DNA of 64,000 bases from Eledone cirrhosa (Eukaryota): positions 112,468,001 to 112,532,000 of the forward strand of contig OZ024743.1 of assembly GCA_964016885.1 (NCBI GenBank), read 5' to 3'. The first letter of the stretch is position 1. Each line of letters begins with the position of its first letter. A model generated the notes under the pieces. The model saw only the letters and a list, made by a program, of their open reading frames with translations, searched no databases and was not told the origin of the DNA. Made by a program: the position numbers and the translations under genes. Below, piece after piece: positions 25,950 through 39,819 of the stretch.

Positions 25950-26490
25950 ATATTTCCTTTTCTTGATATTCTGGTGATTGGGTGGTGACAGTGTTATTTA
26001 TGGATGCTAGTATAATAGTGATACTGGTGGTGGTGGGCCACGTCGTTGTATTATAGAGCAGGTGATAGTATGGTGGTGATAATTGTGATCATGATGTTAG
26101 CGGTGGTGGTAGTAATATGGTAGAGAATATGGTCACACAGTGGTAATAATCCTCGATGCCGTGGTGGTGGTGGTGGTGCTGGTGCTTGTGCTGGTGCTCG
26201 TCGTCGTCGTCGTGGTTTTGGTGGCGGCGGCGGCGTTGGCAGCGGTGGCAACAGTGATGGCGGTAGTACTAGTAGTAGTAGTGATTGTGGTGGCGGGTGT
26301 AGTAATGATGGTATTGTAGTTAGTAAGTGGTGTTGTTAATGCTGTTGTTGCTGCTGCTGGTGGTGGTGAGAGTGTTGGGTGGGTGAGGATGCTGGTATCA
26401 CAATAACAATTGATGCGAGGGAGGGTGACAGCAGCAGGGTGTGGTGTTGGTGGTGATATTGGTATTGGGAGTTTACAATGGTAATGCGCG
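25950..26490. repeat. Degenerate (GGT/GCT/AGT)n low-complexity tract
   Basis: Direct reading. Confidence 0.85.
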
Positions 26491-27980
26491 GATTTTAATT
26501 GTGATAATTATGATTGCAATTCAGATATTAATTATGACAATCGTTATTACGATGATATGGTTTTGAAAAATCATGTTGATTATTTTTTAATAAGTTGTGA
26601 AGTATCAGCAAAAATATAATTTTTTTTTTTTTTAAATCATCGAGAAAATATAGTGTAATGTTAAGACATAATCTTTTCTCGCGCTGTTCACTTTCAATAA
26701 TAAGCTCTCATTATCCCAGATCAATTAAGACAGTGTTAACTTGTCTTAACTAGCAACTATTTTATTGCAACAATTTAGCTAATATAATTTTATCGCCATT
26801 TAACAAACACAATATACCGTCATGTATTTAATACAACATCAATTTCATATATGTAACGCAATGTTGAACCATTAAACAAACATTGCTTCAGTGTATAAAG
26901 AAGCTGATCAATTCTATATAAATATAGTTCTAATTTATTACAGTTTTAAAATTCACGGTGCTCTACCCCTGTAACAAACAGTATATTTTCATAAATTAAC
27001 TAAGCCTTTACTTTTGTCCCAATTAACTCTCTCAGTAGATTAAAACCATTTAACTAACAGAACATTTTACGAAACACAACACGTTGCCCTGCCCCCTATA
27101 TCTGGATGGTTGAATCGATTGAGCGTTAGTCAAAATGCTTGTTTATGTTACTTCACATTTTCACTTTAAATCCTACCATGTATTTCATCCCTCGAAAGGT
27201 CCGTAAAATAAACACCAATCTAGTATTGTTGGTGATAGCATAGACTTTATTTTTATGTCCTGTACGGCCGATGGCTGAAACCAGTAAAAGAATAAAGGGA
27301 CAGTTTTTACCATTATTTAATTATCGAGTCTTTACTATCATTGAATTCACACTCTATTACTATTAGTAGGCATTTACTGTCATTGAATAAACACAGTATT
27401 CCTACCAGTCAACTAATCAGTGTGTTATATTTAAAGTTAATATGTTTTGCGCCCACTTAAGTAAGATATATGCTGACAAACTATTAGGTTATTAAATTAA
27501 TACACCTAAGCTACTACAGTTTTACTAGCATATAAGTGTGATATGGCTACAAAACTAAAAGTAATATTAACTTTAGTTATTCCATTTTAACTTCGTTTAA
27601 CTAAAGAATGTGTACTACTTCTATTTACCTTAATAAATTATTTGCTCATTTTACTAAAAGCATCATGTTACCAGGAATAAACTAACACAGTTTTACTATC
27701 CTATAACAGATCTAACGCTACTGAAAGGAATTTTACCATTTTAATAATCGACGCATTTAATGTCGCTGAGAGAGAAGAGCGACGCATTAAAGCGGAGAAA
27801 CTAAATTCTATTTAGTTCCACCCTTCCAGGCTCGATAAAATTAGTACCTCTGTGACATGAAGGTTGTTTCGGTCGATTAATCACCTGGTCATGTGTTTAT
27901 TGAAAAGAAATCTATATTAATGTTGCTCTCTTTGTTAAGACTGTTGATTTGGTGGTAATGTTTATTGCTAATTAATATGA

Positions 27981-28110
27981 TTAATTTACATTACTGCTAA
28001 AGCTAATGTTGTTGCTGTTGTAGTTAATTAATCCTTGGTGAATATTATTTTTAGAAAGCTTTGGTTCTATATTTAGTAAGACATTAGAATCTACGGAAAT
28101 TACTGATGCT
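27981..28110 (-). CDS. Candidate terminal exon of an unidentified minus-strand gene
   Basis: Acceptor TTTACCGCTGCAG|, phase-2 entry, 42 open codons (ASVISVDSNVLLNIEPK...NVN*), AATAAA 14 nt past the stop. Confidence 0.2.
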
Positions 28111-28660
28111 CTGCAGCGGTAAATAGTAATATAAACTGTTGATGCAGTTGAATAAATGTTGTACAAAGGGAGGAAAAAAGATTGGCGTTTCTGGAAGTAA
28201 CCATTATTCAATATATATTTAAACGATTGAATTATTCAGGAAGGAAACTCTATATATATATGATCACTTAATAACCTGGAAATGGCAATGAATTTGCCCT
28301 CAAATTACACATCCACAGTTAGGAAGAATGAGGGATCCAGAAGTCTGAGAATAGAAGACGTCATAACCATGACACTCGATTATATCAACCCTAGCAGGAA
28401 CGTACTGATATCAATAATGAGACCGACATACTGAGTAGAGTAGGGCCTTGTTAAATTAGGATAAGACGCGACCATGATCCAACCCATGCAAGGATGATAG
28501 AACAAACATAAAAGCGGCAATGTGTTCATCACTATTCAGTAATCATTACATTTTTCTCAACATTTACAATCATTTAAAAGCCCCATAATATTTCAAGTAC
28601 AGAATTATCCAAACAACTTGGTTTTTAGTTAATAACTTTCATAAAAGAAAAGCAACTCAC

Positions 28661-28689
28661 CTAGAACCTTGAACATGATATTTATTTAT
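28661..28689 (-). CDS. Candidate 29-nt micro-exon (INKYHVQGS)
   Basis: CTAACATAG| ... AG|GTGAGT; phase 0 to 2, compatible with the neighbouring candidates. Confidence 0.2.
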
Positions 28690-29197
28690 CTATGTTAGAT
28701 TTAGCTAGTGAATTGGCAAAGTTGTAAAAAACGTTGGATGGGGGGCTTTTCTAGTTCTTGGTGCTTTAAGTTTCAAACACAACGACGTCACCCTTCCCTC
28801 TTATGTTTTTGAGTTCGTAAAATAAGGTACCATTCTAATACTGTGTTCTATTTTCCTCTATCATCTCTTTCTTGCTCTCCAATTATTATCCTTTCCCCCT
28901 CTGTCTCTTTCCCTCATTGTCTACTTCGTTCTCTGGAAGAAATCGGCTATGTTCCGACCTGGTGTGGAATAGGATCTGCCAGATGTTTATGCATAAATCA
29001 CACTGTATGTCATAATGGAATACTTAGGACACTATTAGCAGTTTTACGCCTTCTTATGATATAAAGTCTTACTTTTACGCAGAAAAATGTGGGTAGATTT
29101 TTTCATTTTTGTGACATTAAAACTCACTCTCTTCTCTCGTTATATATAACTTGTGTTATATAATATGAATATATACATATGTGTGTGTGAATATATG

Positions 29198-29309
<112 letters not shown>

Positions 29310-29322
29310 GTATGTGTATATA

Positions 29323-29372
<50 letters not shown>

Positions 29373-29376
<4 letters not shown>

Positions 29377-29550
29377 AGGTAAACAGAAATAACAACACAA
29401 TCGGTACCGTATATGGAAGGGATATATTAGGTTAACGCTTGATATAGCAGGAAGAGGGTCTTAACGTTTCGGACGCTAATCCCTCATCAGAAGAAAGAAT
29501 GAGAAATAAGATAGATTGAGGGGACGGGCAGGATGGAATTGGAAAAAACG
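29373..29550 (-). mobile_element. Family H pseudo-LTR-like remnant with a minimal hammerhead at 29459-29494
   Basis: Minus strand reads TCTT-CTGATGA-G-GGAT(TAGC)GTCC-GAAACGTT-AAGA; homologous to 2492-2657. Confidence 0.75.
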
Positions 29551-29685
29551 TCTTTAGATAAAAATAACAGGTTCATTCATGTCGACATCTCTTGCAAAAC
29601 TGTTGGTGCTGGGGTTTTGTGTATGATTTATTTTTTAGAAAAGTGGATGATGGAGCGTATCTAACTGAAATGGGAAAAAACGTTT

Positions 29686-29801
<116 letters not shown>

Positions 29802-30203
29802 TATGTATATATATAGAGATAGATATATATAGATATATGTATATATTTATTAGGTTTGTTGGTTCACCACTGGATAGAGCTGATCTTTCCGTATGGTCAG
29901 CCTCGATGTAATATTATGGAGCATTCAACGTAATGCAACTCGCCCGTCTTCGTTAGTGTAGTTGGTGGTGCGAGTACGGAGTTATTCATTATAAAATAAC
30001 AGGAGGCTGGACTGCTGTAAATCCTTGAAAGGTTTATTATACTATGATCAATTCAATGACCCGGTTCAGTATGATCGGGTGACATCATCAGGTATTCAGA
30101 ATATAACAAAGGAATATAATATATAAAATCCATGGGGCTGAAAATCAGAGACAAGAGGACGACCGACTATTTAGCAGTTTCTGTCTCGGTCGGCCACCCT
30201 CAA

Positions 30204-30241
<38 letters not shown>

Positions 30242-30671
30242 GAGAATAGGAATGGTTGTGTAGTTGCTATTTAAGGTAGCTTAAAATGGAGTGACAATAA
30301 GAAGCAAGAACGGGGGGGGGGAGTTTCCTCATCAGTGTCTATTGGGGGTCTCAAATATTTCTACGCTTTAAAGACAAGGTATATACTGCCCAGAGCGTCA
30401 ATAACTGGGTAAGTTATTGGGAAAACGGAGGAGGGGCGGAGGCAAAAGGGAAGAAAAGAGAAACCAGCGAAAAAAACAGCTAAAAAAACAACAAACTGAG
30501 CAATGTGTGAGCAACTTAAGGTAAGAAAATCCAAGACCACACGATGAGAGAACTTAAGTTCAAGACTGTGTGGACGAGAGAAAAGATACACGTCTGACCG
30601 CAGCGAGTTGTAAATGAGAAAAGGACTATTAGAGGGTTAGGCGAGGGAAACAATGAGGTGGCAAGCAGAGA

Positions 30672-30838
30672 GAGAGGATGAGTGAAAGTGAGGGGGAGAA
30701 AGGGAGAGCAAGAAAGTGGGGTAAGAGTAGATAGTAACGAAATAGTTAGGTAGAAGTAGAGAGAAAACTGGTAGAGAGGATGAGTGAAAGTGAGAGGGAG
30801 AAAGAGTGCGAAAGAAAGAGGGGTGAGAGTAGATAGTA
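30672..30838. repeat. Local imperfect duplication of about 65 bp in a GA-rich tract
   Basis: GAGAGGATGAGTGAAAGTGAG...GAGTAGATAGTA at about 30672 and 30774. Confidence 0.7.
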
Positions 30839-31300
30839 GATAATGTATGTATGTATATATAGATACATACATACATACATATGCCTACACAAAAATATAC
30901 GGGTTTACTAAGTAAGAATCCTAAGAGCATTTCATTGTACTAATATTATTTTACAGTTTTTAAACATGTATTCAAATTTCTTCAAAGCATTGTTCCAATC
31001 ATTAACCTTTTCGCACAAATACGTACAATGTTTGATATTTATATTCTTTCGGCTAATTTGATATTTACTATTAAGAAGAAAAGAGATTTAAAAAACGAGA
31101 AGTTCTCTACAACCGTATTTTAATTAATTGCTCTAACTCAATGCTGTTGACAAACGTTATTATCAAACAATAAAGATGTTTTCCATTTTTTTAAATATTT
31201 CGCAGAAATCTAAATGCCAGATGAAAATATTATCTACTTCGTGTTTATGAAGTGAAAAAGAAGACTTCCTACGTACATTTAACTATCTATCTATCGATCG

Positions 31301-31365
<65 letters not shown>

Positions 31366-31382
31366 TGTGTGTGTGTGTGTGT

Positions 31383-31449
<67 letters not shown>

Positions 31450-31466
31450 CGTGTGCGCGTGCGTTT

Positions 31467-31516
<50 letters not shown>

Positions 31517-31519
<3 letters not shown>

Positions 31520-32051
31520 GAATAAAACAATTCGCTCTACATGGCTGAATACAACAAATGTAATCTGAGTTTTTCGAATATTAATAATAATATTCGATTC
31601 GTTTGCAATTAGGCAAACAGCCTCATTTTTAAAGTCATTTCTGTAGAATGATCCTCTCATTCTTGCTTTTGTGTTGACATGTAAACAGAATTGCAGACAC
31701 TAATGTTTCTGAGTATCACTCTTCATTAGTACAGTTCAGTTTTCACCTGACAACTGTCAGACCTAATGAAAATATATGATATTTTCTAAAATATACAGTG
31801 ACTGATCGGCCGGATTTGTATATTAGCAGACTGGCTGATCAGTCAGATCTGCATATTAGCAGATCCACCGAACAGCCAGATTTACATATCAGCAGACAGG
31901 CCAGTCAGCTTCCTATATACGAGCGAATAATGGCCATTAATCGCTAGAATACAGCTCATTCTACTGTCATGGCTTTAAAAATGAGGCCACTTGCATAATT
32001 GCAAACGAATCGAATATTATTATTAATATTCGAAAAACTCAGATTACATTT
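31517..32051. mobile_element. Fold-back insertion, family D (tail + about 84-bp arms), between (TA)n tracts
   Basis: Arms at 31556-31639 and 31968-32051. The spacer holds a mutated minus-strand hammerhead (CTAATGA-AGAGT..ACTCA-GAAACATTAGTGTC, about 31690-31737) and three 33-bp tandem units (31804-31902). Second family copy at about 41660-41915. Confidence 0.75.
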
Positions 32052-32070
32052 ATATATATATATATATATA

Positions 32071-32960
32071 TAACGAAGGAAGTGTAGTAAGGAACTAGAT
32101 GGACCATAACGCACCAGAGTACTCAATTCTTAGGGTAGTAGGAAAATGTTTAACTCCGACAGCAGAGCTCAAGCCGTTTCGACGGCTATTTCTGGACTAA
32201 TTTAGAATGTTTAGCGTGGTGATAAATAGCCGAACTTTTCAAGGGGCTATTTCCTTATATGGGAAGATTGTAGTTGTCAAAAGGATTGGTCAAAATTTCT
32301 TGTAAACACAATTAAATCTTTCATGGTGGTGGGTGGAAGGTAGGGGTGGCTGAACTTGCCTGTAGAACAATGAGGGAGTGGGTGGTGCCGGTCAAGCGTT
32401 GAAGGTGAATTCTATACAGCAAATTCTAAGGAATGTGTATAAAATTAGGCTAGTTAGAAAGCCCGCGAAAAAGAATTCTAGAGGAATCTGAGAGTGGGAC
32501 GTTATAAAATTAAAAGGTTAATAAATTGAGATTAAAAGATAATAAATAAAAATAATAAAAGAATTAAATAGTAAAAAATAATTTTAAAAATCTCTAGAGT
32601 CTAAAGCAGCTGCTATATTTTTAGCTGGTATTGCGTTTTCGGCCAATGCTATATAGAAATTACTGGGGTGGGGTTACTGAGGCTACACATGCCCGTTGGG
32701 CTGCCTCAGGGTAGGCGAAAGAGAAAAAAGGAAAAGGAAGACGAGAGGGAGTGGAAGAATGTGATAAGAGGAGATAAAGGGAAAAAGAAAAGAAGTACAT
32801 CTACCTATGTATGCTGGGGTTTCCCCTATCTTGCTCGGCAAATGGGGAAAAGAAGGATGTTGCAGCCATTGTCTACCCACCCGGGTCATGAGGGGATTTG
32901 AGGGCGAGATAAGTCCTACGCAATCGGTATTTACATGTAGTTACAAGCTCGTATTTTTTA
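32071..32960 (-). mobile_element. Family A PLE 3' end (last ORF codons, 3'UTR, hammerhead, tail)
   Basis: Minus peptide KYELVTTCKYRLR resembles a PLE C-terminus. The UTR is homologous to 48236-48660. Hammerhead with a TTGAAAA core at about 32153-32247. Confidence 0.7.
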
Positions 32961-34596
32961 CCAGTCAGTCTCATCGCACCATCTAAATCTGACTTAGGCA
33001 TAATTAGCAAACATATATTAGATAGAATTATACCACTACTTAAAGTAAAATCACACCTTAAACTATGGAACGGTACTAATGAAGTTATAGATGGGTTCAA
33101 TAACATAGAATTAAAATATAACAAAACATTCATTCAAATGGATATTGCAAATTATTACTCCTCTATTACCCCTAGTTTACTTAATAAGGCACTTATCTAC
33201 GCGTCGAAATATACAGACCTATCTAGTGATGAAATGAATATAATTCTAACAGCACGTAAAACACTAATAGAATTTAATAATCATCTCTGGACAAGAGCCG
33301 ACAGACAAAAACAATTTTGTTATCACTATGGGGTCATCTGACTCGGCGCAACTTACACACCTCGTTGGATTATTTATTAATAATGTACTGCATAGAAAAA
33401 TGCCAGAGATGACCGGAGGTTTATATTGTGACGATATGTTGCTTTGAAATGAAAACCATAGCAATAGTGAAACTAATAGGAAAAGAAAATCCATAATACA
33501 ATTTTTCAACAACTACAATCTTAAGTTAGAAATAGAGAATAACTACAAAATCGTTAACTTCTTAGATTAACTTTAAACCTTAGCACAGGTCTTTACTATC
33601 CTTTCCATAAAATTAACGAAAACCTAAATTATGTAAGTTTCAATTCTAATCATCCTAGAAGTATTAAAAACACTATTGTCAATAGCGTCCAAAAGCGGAT
33701 TTCACGCATTTCCACTAATAAAAATATTTTTGATGATGAGGCTGATTATTATAATGAAGCTTTACATAGAGCAGGATACACAAATAGAATTAAATACATA
33801 GATTACCATAACATGACATATCATCCTAGTATTAACTTAGACACTAAACCAAACAAAAAAACTAGAACTGGAAATATTATTTGGTACTCTCACCATTCTC
33901 ATTAAGCGTTAAAGCTATTCTTTAAAGCATTAGATAAATGTTTTCCTAAAGCCCACAGATACCACTCTATTTTTAACAGACACACTATAAACCTATCCTA
34001 CTCTACTACTATGAACATAGCACAAAATATAAATAGAATTAATAATAGAAACTTAAATTTAAACCCTAACCAAACTAACCAAAATAGCAATAATAATATT
34101 TCTAACAACAATAACTCTAGTAAATATAACTGTAGAATAAAATGAAACTGCCCTTTACAAAATAATTGTTTAGACAAAAACAGTTTATAAATGCACAGTT
34201 AAAACTAGAGACAAAATATTTAACTATGTTTTTGCTACTTCAACAAAATTTAAAGAACGCTGGAATAACCATAATCATACCCTTAGGAGATCTGATAAAA
34301 AATCTTCTACTTCACTTTCACATCTAATCTGGGATTTAAAAGACAACAATATAGACTATTCAATATCGTGGAGAACGATTTCGAAAGCACCTGCAAGCCG
34401 AAATACGGTTTTATCAAGATTATGTAAATTGTGTATCGAAGAAATTTTTTATATAATTAACTGTCAAAACTCAGAACAGAATTAATTTCTTCTTGCAAAC
34501 ATCGCCAAAATTCCACGTTCAGAACTATTTTTAATTTATAATATTCCTATACACCTTCAAAATGATCCTACATTTTTTTTATTTAAATGTAAAATT

Positions 34597-34712
34597 TTTT
34601 TATATTTTTTATATTTTTTATATTTTTTATATTTTTTATATTTTTTATATTTTTTATATTTTTTATATTTTTTATATTTTTTATATTTTTTATATTTTTT
34701 ATATTTTTTATA
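34597..34712. repeat. 9-bp tandem repeat (TTTTTATAT)n, about 13 units, in the PLE 3'UTR
   Basis: Direct reading; produces the FYIFYI ORF. Confidence 0.9.
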
Positions 34713-35718
34713 TTATTTTATATTTTTTAATATTTTTAATATTTCAAAAATGTTTTAATACCTCTAATATTTATAATATTTTTAATATATATATAATGAA
34801 TATTTTAATTTCCTACATTATTTTAATTCAGACATTATTTTTAATTCCGACATTATTTGTGTAAGGACACCCCTATAAATATATTTTTAGATGTAGATTG
34901 ATAATCTTTAAATGACATTCTGAAAATTTATCCTCTTCACGATAGTTCTTCGAAAAACACATTTCATTTTTCCTCTCTCTTTTTCTTATTCAAACATTCA
35001 CACATCTTTCGACTAAAATAATGGATCTCACACAAAATAATATATAATTTTCTCTAATTTAATGGTTAACAAACAAATATTGGAGTTATCTTTCCTTTCT
35101 CAATCGTGCAAACGTAAACATTTTACGATTGATAATCTGTATAGCTTCGCTAAATTAACAATATTCTGGAAACATTTTCAATGTTGAACAAAATTTTTGA
35201 ATCCACAAATTGTTCTACTCTCACAACTTGAACCACCTATTTTTTAAGTAAAATACAAATTCAACAACCTTCGTAACTCATATTTGATATATAAACAACT
35301 ATTACATACACAATTTATTAATATATATATAGATATTTATACATACAACCTATCGTAATGTAATAAGATAAAAATACATACAACCATAATTCTTCATATA
35401 ATCTAATTGATTATATATACAATATTATAACTCATAATATAGGTAAATAAATCTTTCCCCCCAAATTAACGTAAATGCTAGCTGCTCTTCCATTCTCTTC
35501 TTTCCTACGCATACAATAACTTACATAATTATTTAAATTTTCCATAGCGTCTAAAATGACGTTTTTTCAGCCCTTTTACATAAACCTCATTTGCATACTC
35601 ATCTTAATAATTTGAAATATCTGACTTTTCTTCTCTTTTCTTTTCACTATCCAAGGATAACTTGAACCGTTAAGGTATATTCTCCTTGGTTATGTCAAAA
35701 TTTATAAAACACACTTCG

Positions 35719-35780
35719 TATTTTATCTGATGATAGCGTACCAAAATGTTTGGTACCCTTGAAATATATATAATAGAATA
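35719..35780 (+). ncRNA. Type I hammerhead ribozyme motif at the PLE 3' end
   Basis: TATTTTAT-CTGATGA-..GTACCAAA(ATG)TTTGGTAC..-GAAA-TATATATA-ATAGAATA: 8-bp stem I with one G-U pair, long stem II, palindromic minimal stem III. Confidence 0.7.
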
Positions 35781-35916
35781 AATATGATTTTATAAATATA
35801 GTTTCCATTTATTTAATATCATTGTATATTATACTCCAGAAAATCTGTTGAGTGCTCTGAATCAGTTATAAACATTTATATTTGTTGAATTAGCAACAAA
35901 TCGAATATCCCTTCTG

Positions 35917-36017
<101 letters not shown>

Positions 36018-36179
36018 GTATATATATATACGTATATATATATATGAGAAGTGTGCAAATGAAGCAAAAATACAAGAGACCAACAGGATACTATAATAGG
36101 AATATATGCTAGACGCCTGATAAACTTGTTAAAGTGTTTTTAAGTTTTGGACATAGAGAGTGAAAGAAGACAGAATTGC

Positions 36180-36360
36180 GGGGCCAGTCCATCGCAGGGT
36201 TAAACACCCACCTATTGCTGGTAATCATTCTCAGCCGAGTATACTTGAGCAACGTGAAATGTAGTGTTTTGCTCAAGAACATAACACACAACCCAGGAAT
36301 CGAACACACCACATTAGGATTGTAAGTCCAGCACCCTTACCACTAGACCACGTACCTCCA
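36180..36360 (-). mobile_element. tRNA-derived SINE, family S2 (CORE-like domain)
   Basis: Minus strand has TGGTCTAGTGG (A box), GTTCGATTCC (B box), then TTCTTGAGCAAAACACT..TTTCACGTTGCTC. Related copies at about 46120-46372 and 62400-62545. Confidence 0.7.
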
Positions 36361-36677
36361 CCCATGTTGTATATATACATGTATGTACTTGTCGTCACAT
36401 GGTACCATGGGCCCAGCACTATGTGTCAGTAATTGTCACAAGTGTAGTGTTTGTACCAGAGTTTTCAAGTCGCTGGCTGGACTAAAAAGCCACACTCGTT
36501 CAGCGCATCGGTGGGGTTTCTCCTACGTGGATATAAAGTAGTGGCCGTACTCGAAAACGAGTTGGCAGCCACCATATACATAGGGTAAATAACAATAAAG
36601 ATTGTTGAAGTGAGTAATGTTTTTGTATACATACACCTCTTCAATACACAACGAAAATAGATAGATACATAGCTAGC

Positions 36678-36729
<52 letters not shown>

Positions 36730-37263
36730 GTCATTTACATACAATTCGGGGTTAAAACAGTGATGGATCATTCAAATTATCAGTTTCAATAAGCCATCAC
36801 TGTTCAAACTTCGGAGTCTCCTTAAAAAAACAATATTAAAAATATTAAACTTTATAAATGTATATGATGTTCTATTCATTTAATGCTTGTTGTTTTATTT
36901 AAAACTGTGTGTGTGTGTGTGTCTGTTTGGGTGTATGTGTGTATGCGTGTGTGTGTGTGTATAATATAAAAAGTCCATGTGTATAATATATATTTATATA
37001 TGTATGTGTGTGCTTGTGTGTATGTATATATTTGCATGCAATATTCAATATGCCTATATCTGCCTAAAAAGATTGCTAAACATATCCATATTTATATAGA
37101 TTCTACTCTCATAATAAATATACATAGCCATGCATATATTTATACATATATTCATGTCAACTATAGTCACAACATATACTACAACCGACAGAATCGCCCA
37201 GAAACACAATCACACACACACACACACACAAACCCACATACACACACTCAACACATACACATG

Positions 37264-37316
<53 letters not shown>

Positions 37317-37344
37317 ATATATAAAGAGAGTGATATTGTCTGTG

Positions 37345-38232
37345 TGTCTATGTGTTTACGCGTGTATGTGCGTGTATGTTTCTGTAAATGTGTCTATGTG
37401 TGTGTTTACGCGTGTATATCTGTGTGTTTCTGTAAATGTGTTTATGTGTGTGTGTGTTTACGCGTGTTTGTGTGTATGTTTCTATAAATGTGTCTATGTG
37501 TGCGTGTGTTTACGCGTGTATAAGTGTGTGTTTCTATAAGTGTGTCTATATGTGTGTGTTTACGCGTGTATATGTATGTATGTTTCTATAAATGTGTCTA
37601 TGTGTGTGTGTGTGTGTTTACGCGTGTATATGTGTGTGTTTCTATAAGTGTGTCTCTGTGTGTGTGTTTACGCGTGTATATGTGTGTGTTTCTATAAGTG
37701 TGTCTATGTGTGTGTGTTTACGCATGTTTGTGTGTATGTTTCTATAAATGTGTCTATGCGTATTTGTGTGTTTACGCGTGTATAAGTGTGTGTTTCTATA
37801 AGTGTGTCTATGTGTGTGTTTACGCGTGTATATGTATGTATGTTTCTATAAATGTGTCTATGTGTGTGTGTGTGTTTACGCATGTATATGTGTGTGTTTC
37901 TATAAATGTGTCTATGTGTGTGTTTACGCGTGTATATGTATGTATGTTTCTATAAATGTGTCTATGTGTATGTGTGTGTTTACGCGTGTATAAGTGTGTG
38001 TTTCTATAAGTGTGTCTATGTGTGTGTGTTTACGCATGTTTGTGTGTATGTTTCTATAAATGTGTCTATGTGTATGTGTGTGTTTACGCGTGTATAAGTA
38101 TGTGTTTCTATAAGTGTGTCAATGTGTGTGTGTTTACGCGTGTATATGTATGTATGTTTCTATAAATGTGTCTATGTGTGTGTGTGTGTTTACGCATGTA
38201 TATGTGTGTGTTTCTGTAAATGTGTCTATGTG
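37345..38232. repeat. Minisatellite with a unit of about 44-52 bp, about 19 copies
   Basis: GTTTACGCGTGTATATGTRTGT..GTTTCTATAARTGTGTCTAT(GT)n with a variable GT run. Confidence 0.93.
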
Positions 38233-38239
38233 TACATAC

Positions 38240-38332
38240 ATCAGCATAGTCAACACTTGTCCAACCTATGTTCCAATGATGTTTCAGCATAATATAAGCA
38301 CAGTTTTTAGGGGAGATAATTGCCATGAAACT
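38240..38332 (-). CDS. Candidate 93-nt internal exon (SFMAIISPKNCAYIMLKHHWNIGWTSVDYAD)
   Basis: CTTTTCTACATCGCAG| acceptor and |GTATGT donor; only frame 0 is open. Confidence 0.25.
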
Positions 38333-38584
38333 CTGCGATGTAGAAAAGTGTTTCTCCGAATAAATATACATATATACGTTAGAAATGGAAATTATAGCAT
38401 GCGACTTTTCCTCACAAACTGCAGTTATTAAAATGTCCGCAAAATGTAACAGAAATGCAAATGAAATACATACCTAAACCAAGGAGCAGAGAAAAATTTT
38501 ACCAGCAAGGAAATTATATTTAAATATCATCAGTGAAACAAATCTCATTTTTATACCCTCATACATTTACATAAATACAATATA

Positions 38585-38615
<31 letters not shown>

Positions 38616-38794
38616 CTGTGTGTGTGTGTGACAGTGTGTCTGTGTGAGTGTGTGTATGTGTGTATGTGTGTGTGTGTGTATGTGTGAGTGTGTGTGTCCA
38701 TGTAACATAGATACATGTATGTAACATACATACATGCATGTATGTATATAAGCGTGTATACATACATATATGCATATATACATACATGTATGTT

Positions 38795-38879
<85 letters not shown>

Positions 38880-39328
38880 TTTATATTTCTATAGCAGTAC
38901 TATTTATTCTATATTGTGTATTATCGTTCGTTTTTTTCCTTTTCCTGTCAGTTGGAACGCCGCTTTACTCACATGTTATAAAATACTATGAAGAATCAAT
39001 GTACGCCAAATAAATATGTTGGCATCAACCAAAGTGAATTATTTCCCCTTGCTTGTAATAGTGAATTCGACGGATAAAATTGATATAACACTTTAACGTA
39101 AAGGTGAAACAAAGCAGTTATATGTCTTTCAGAGAGATTAAACTCAGCCAATCCTCAACGATTTCAGCTATAGTTCGAATAGAATTAGAAAACTAATAAC
39201 ATGTTTAAGCAAGTCAATTTCTCATCTGACTTTTAATAAAGCAATATTTCATGTTTTCACACTATAACGACTATAGGTTTCTTGAAACTCTCTAAATGAA
39301 AAAAATCCCTTATCCATTCCGAATACAG

Positions 39329-39436
39329 GAGACACAAAGAAACGTTATGACTAACAAATCACTGCAAGGATCCACAGCCATCCACCAAGAATTTTATCAC
39401 GTAACCTGGCGTATGCAATGGGATCCAAGCTTACTA
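39329..39436 (+). CDS. Candidate 108-nt internal exon (ETQRNVMTNKSLQGSTAIHQEFYHVTWRMQWDPSLL)
   Basis: CCCTTATCCATTCCGAATACAG| acceptor, |GTAATT donor, only frame 0 is open, phase 0-0. Confidence 0.22.
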
Positions 39437-39613
39437 GTAATTAATAAGTAACCTCCATTTTAGAACATTGACACACAAACCCACATTGTCCCATTTCTAT
39501 ACAGAATATACCCGTTCGTGCGTGCCAAGGAAGTTTTGACTAATGTCCTTTAATAAACTAGTCTACTCTACATAAGGGATTGAACCCTCTTCTCTGTGTA
39601 CACTTAACCACTT

Positions 39614-39662
<49 letters not shown>

Positions 39663-39673
39663 GAGAGAGAGAA

Positions 39674-39712
<39 letters not shown>

Positions 39713-39819
39713 TCCCCGAGTTGTGTCGGAGGCTGTCCATAGTTAAAAAGGTACTCAATACATTGGTAGAGGATAAGCACACTAATCTTTTAACTTTAAC
39801 TCCTCTTTTTTGGCTTCCC

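Noticed and set aside
30322-30336. Minus-strand CTGATGAGGAAAC hammerhead core
   Set aside because: No stem II and no convincing stems I or III; at most a deleted remnant.
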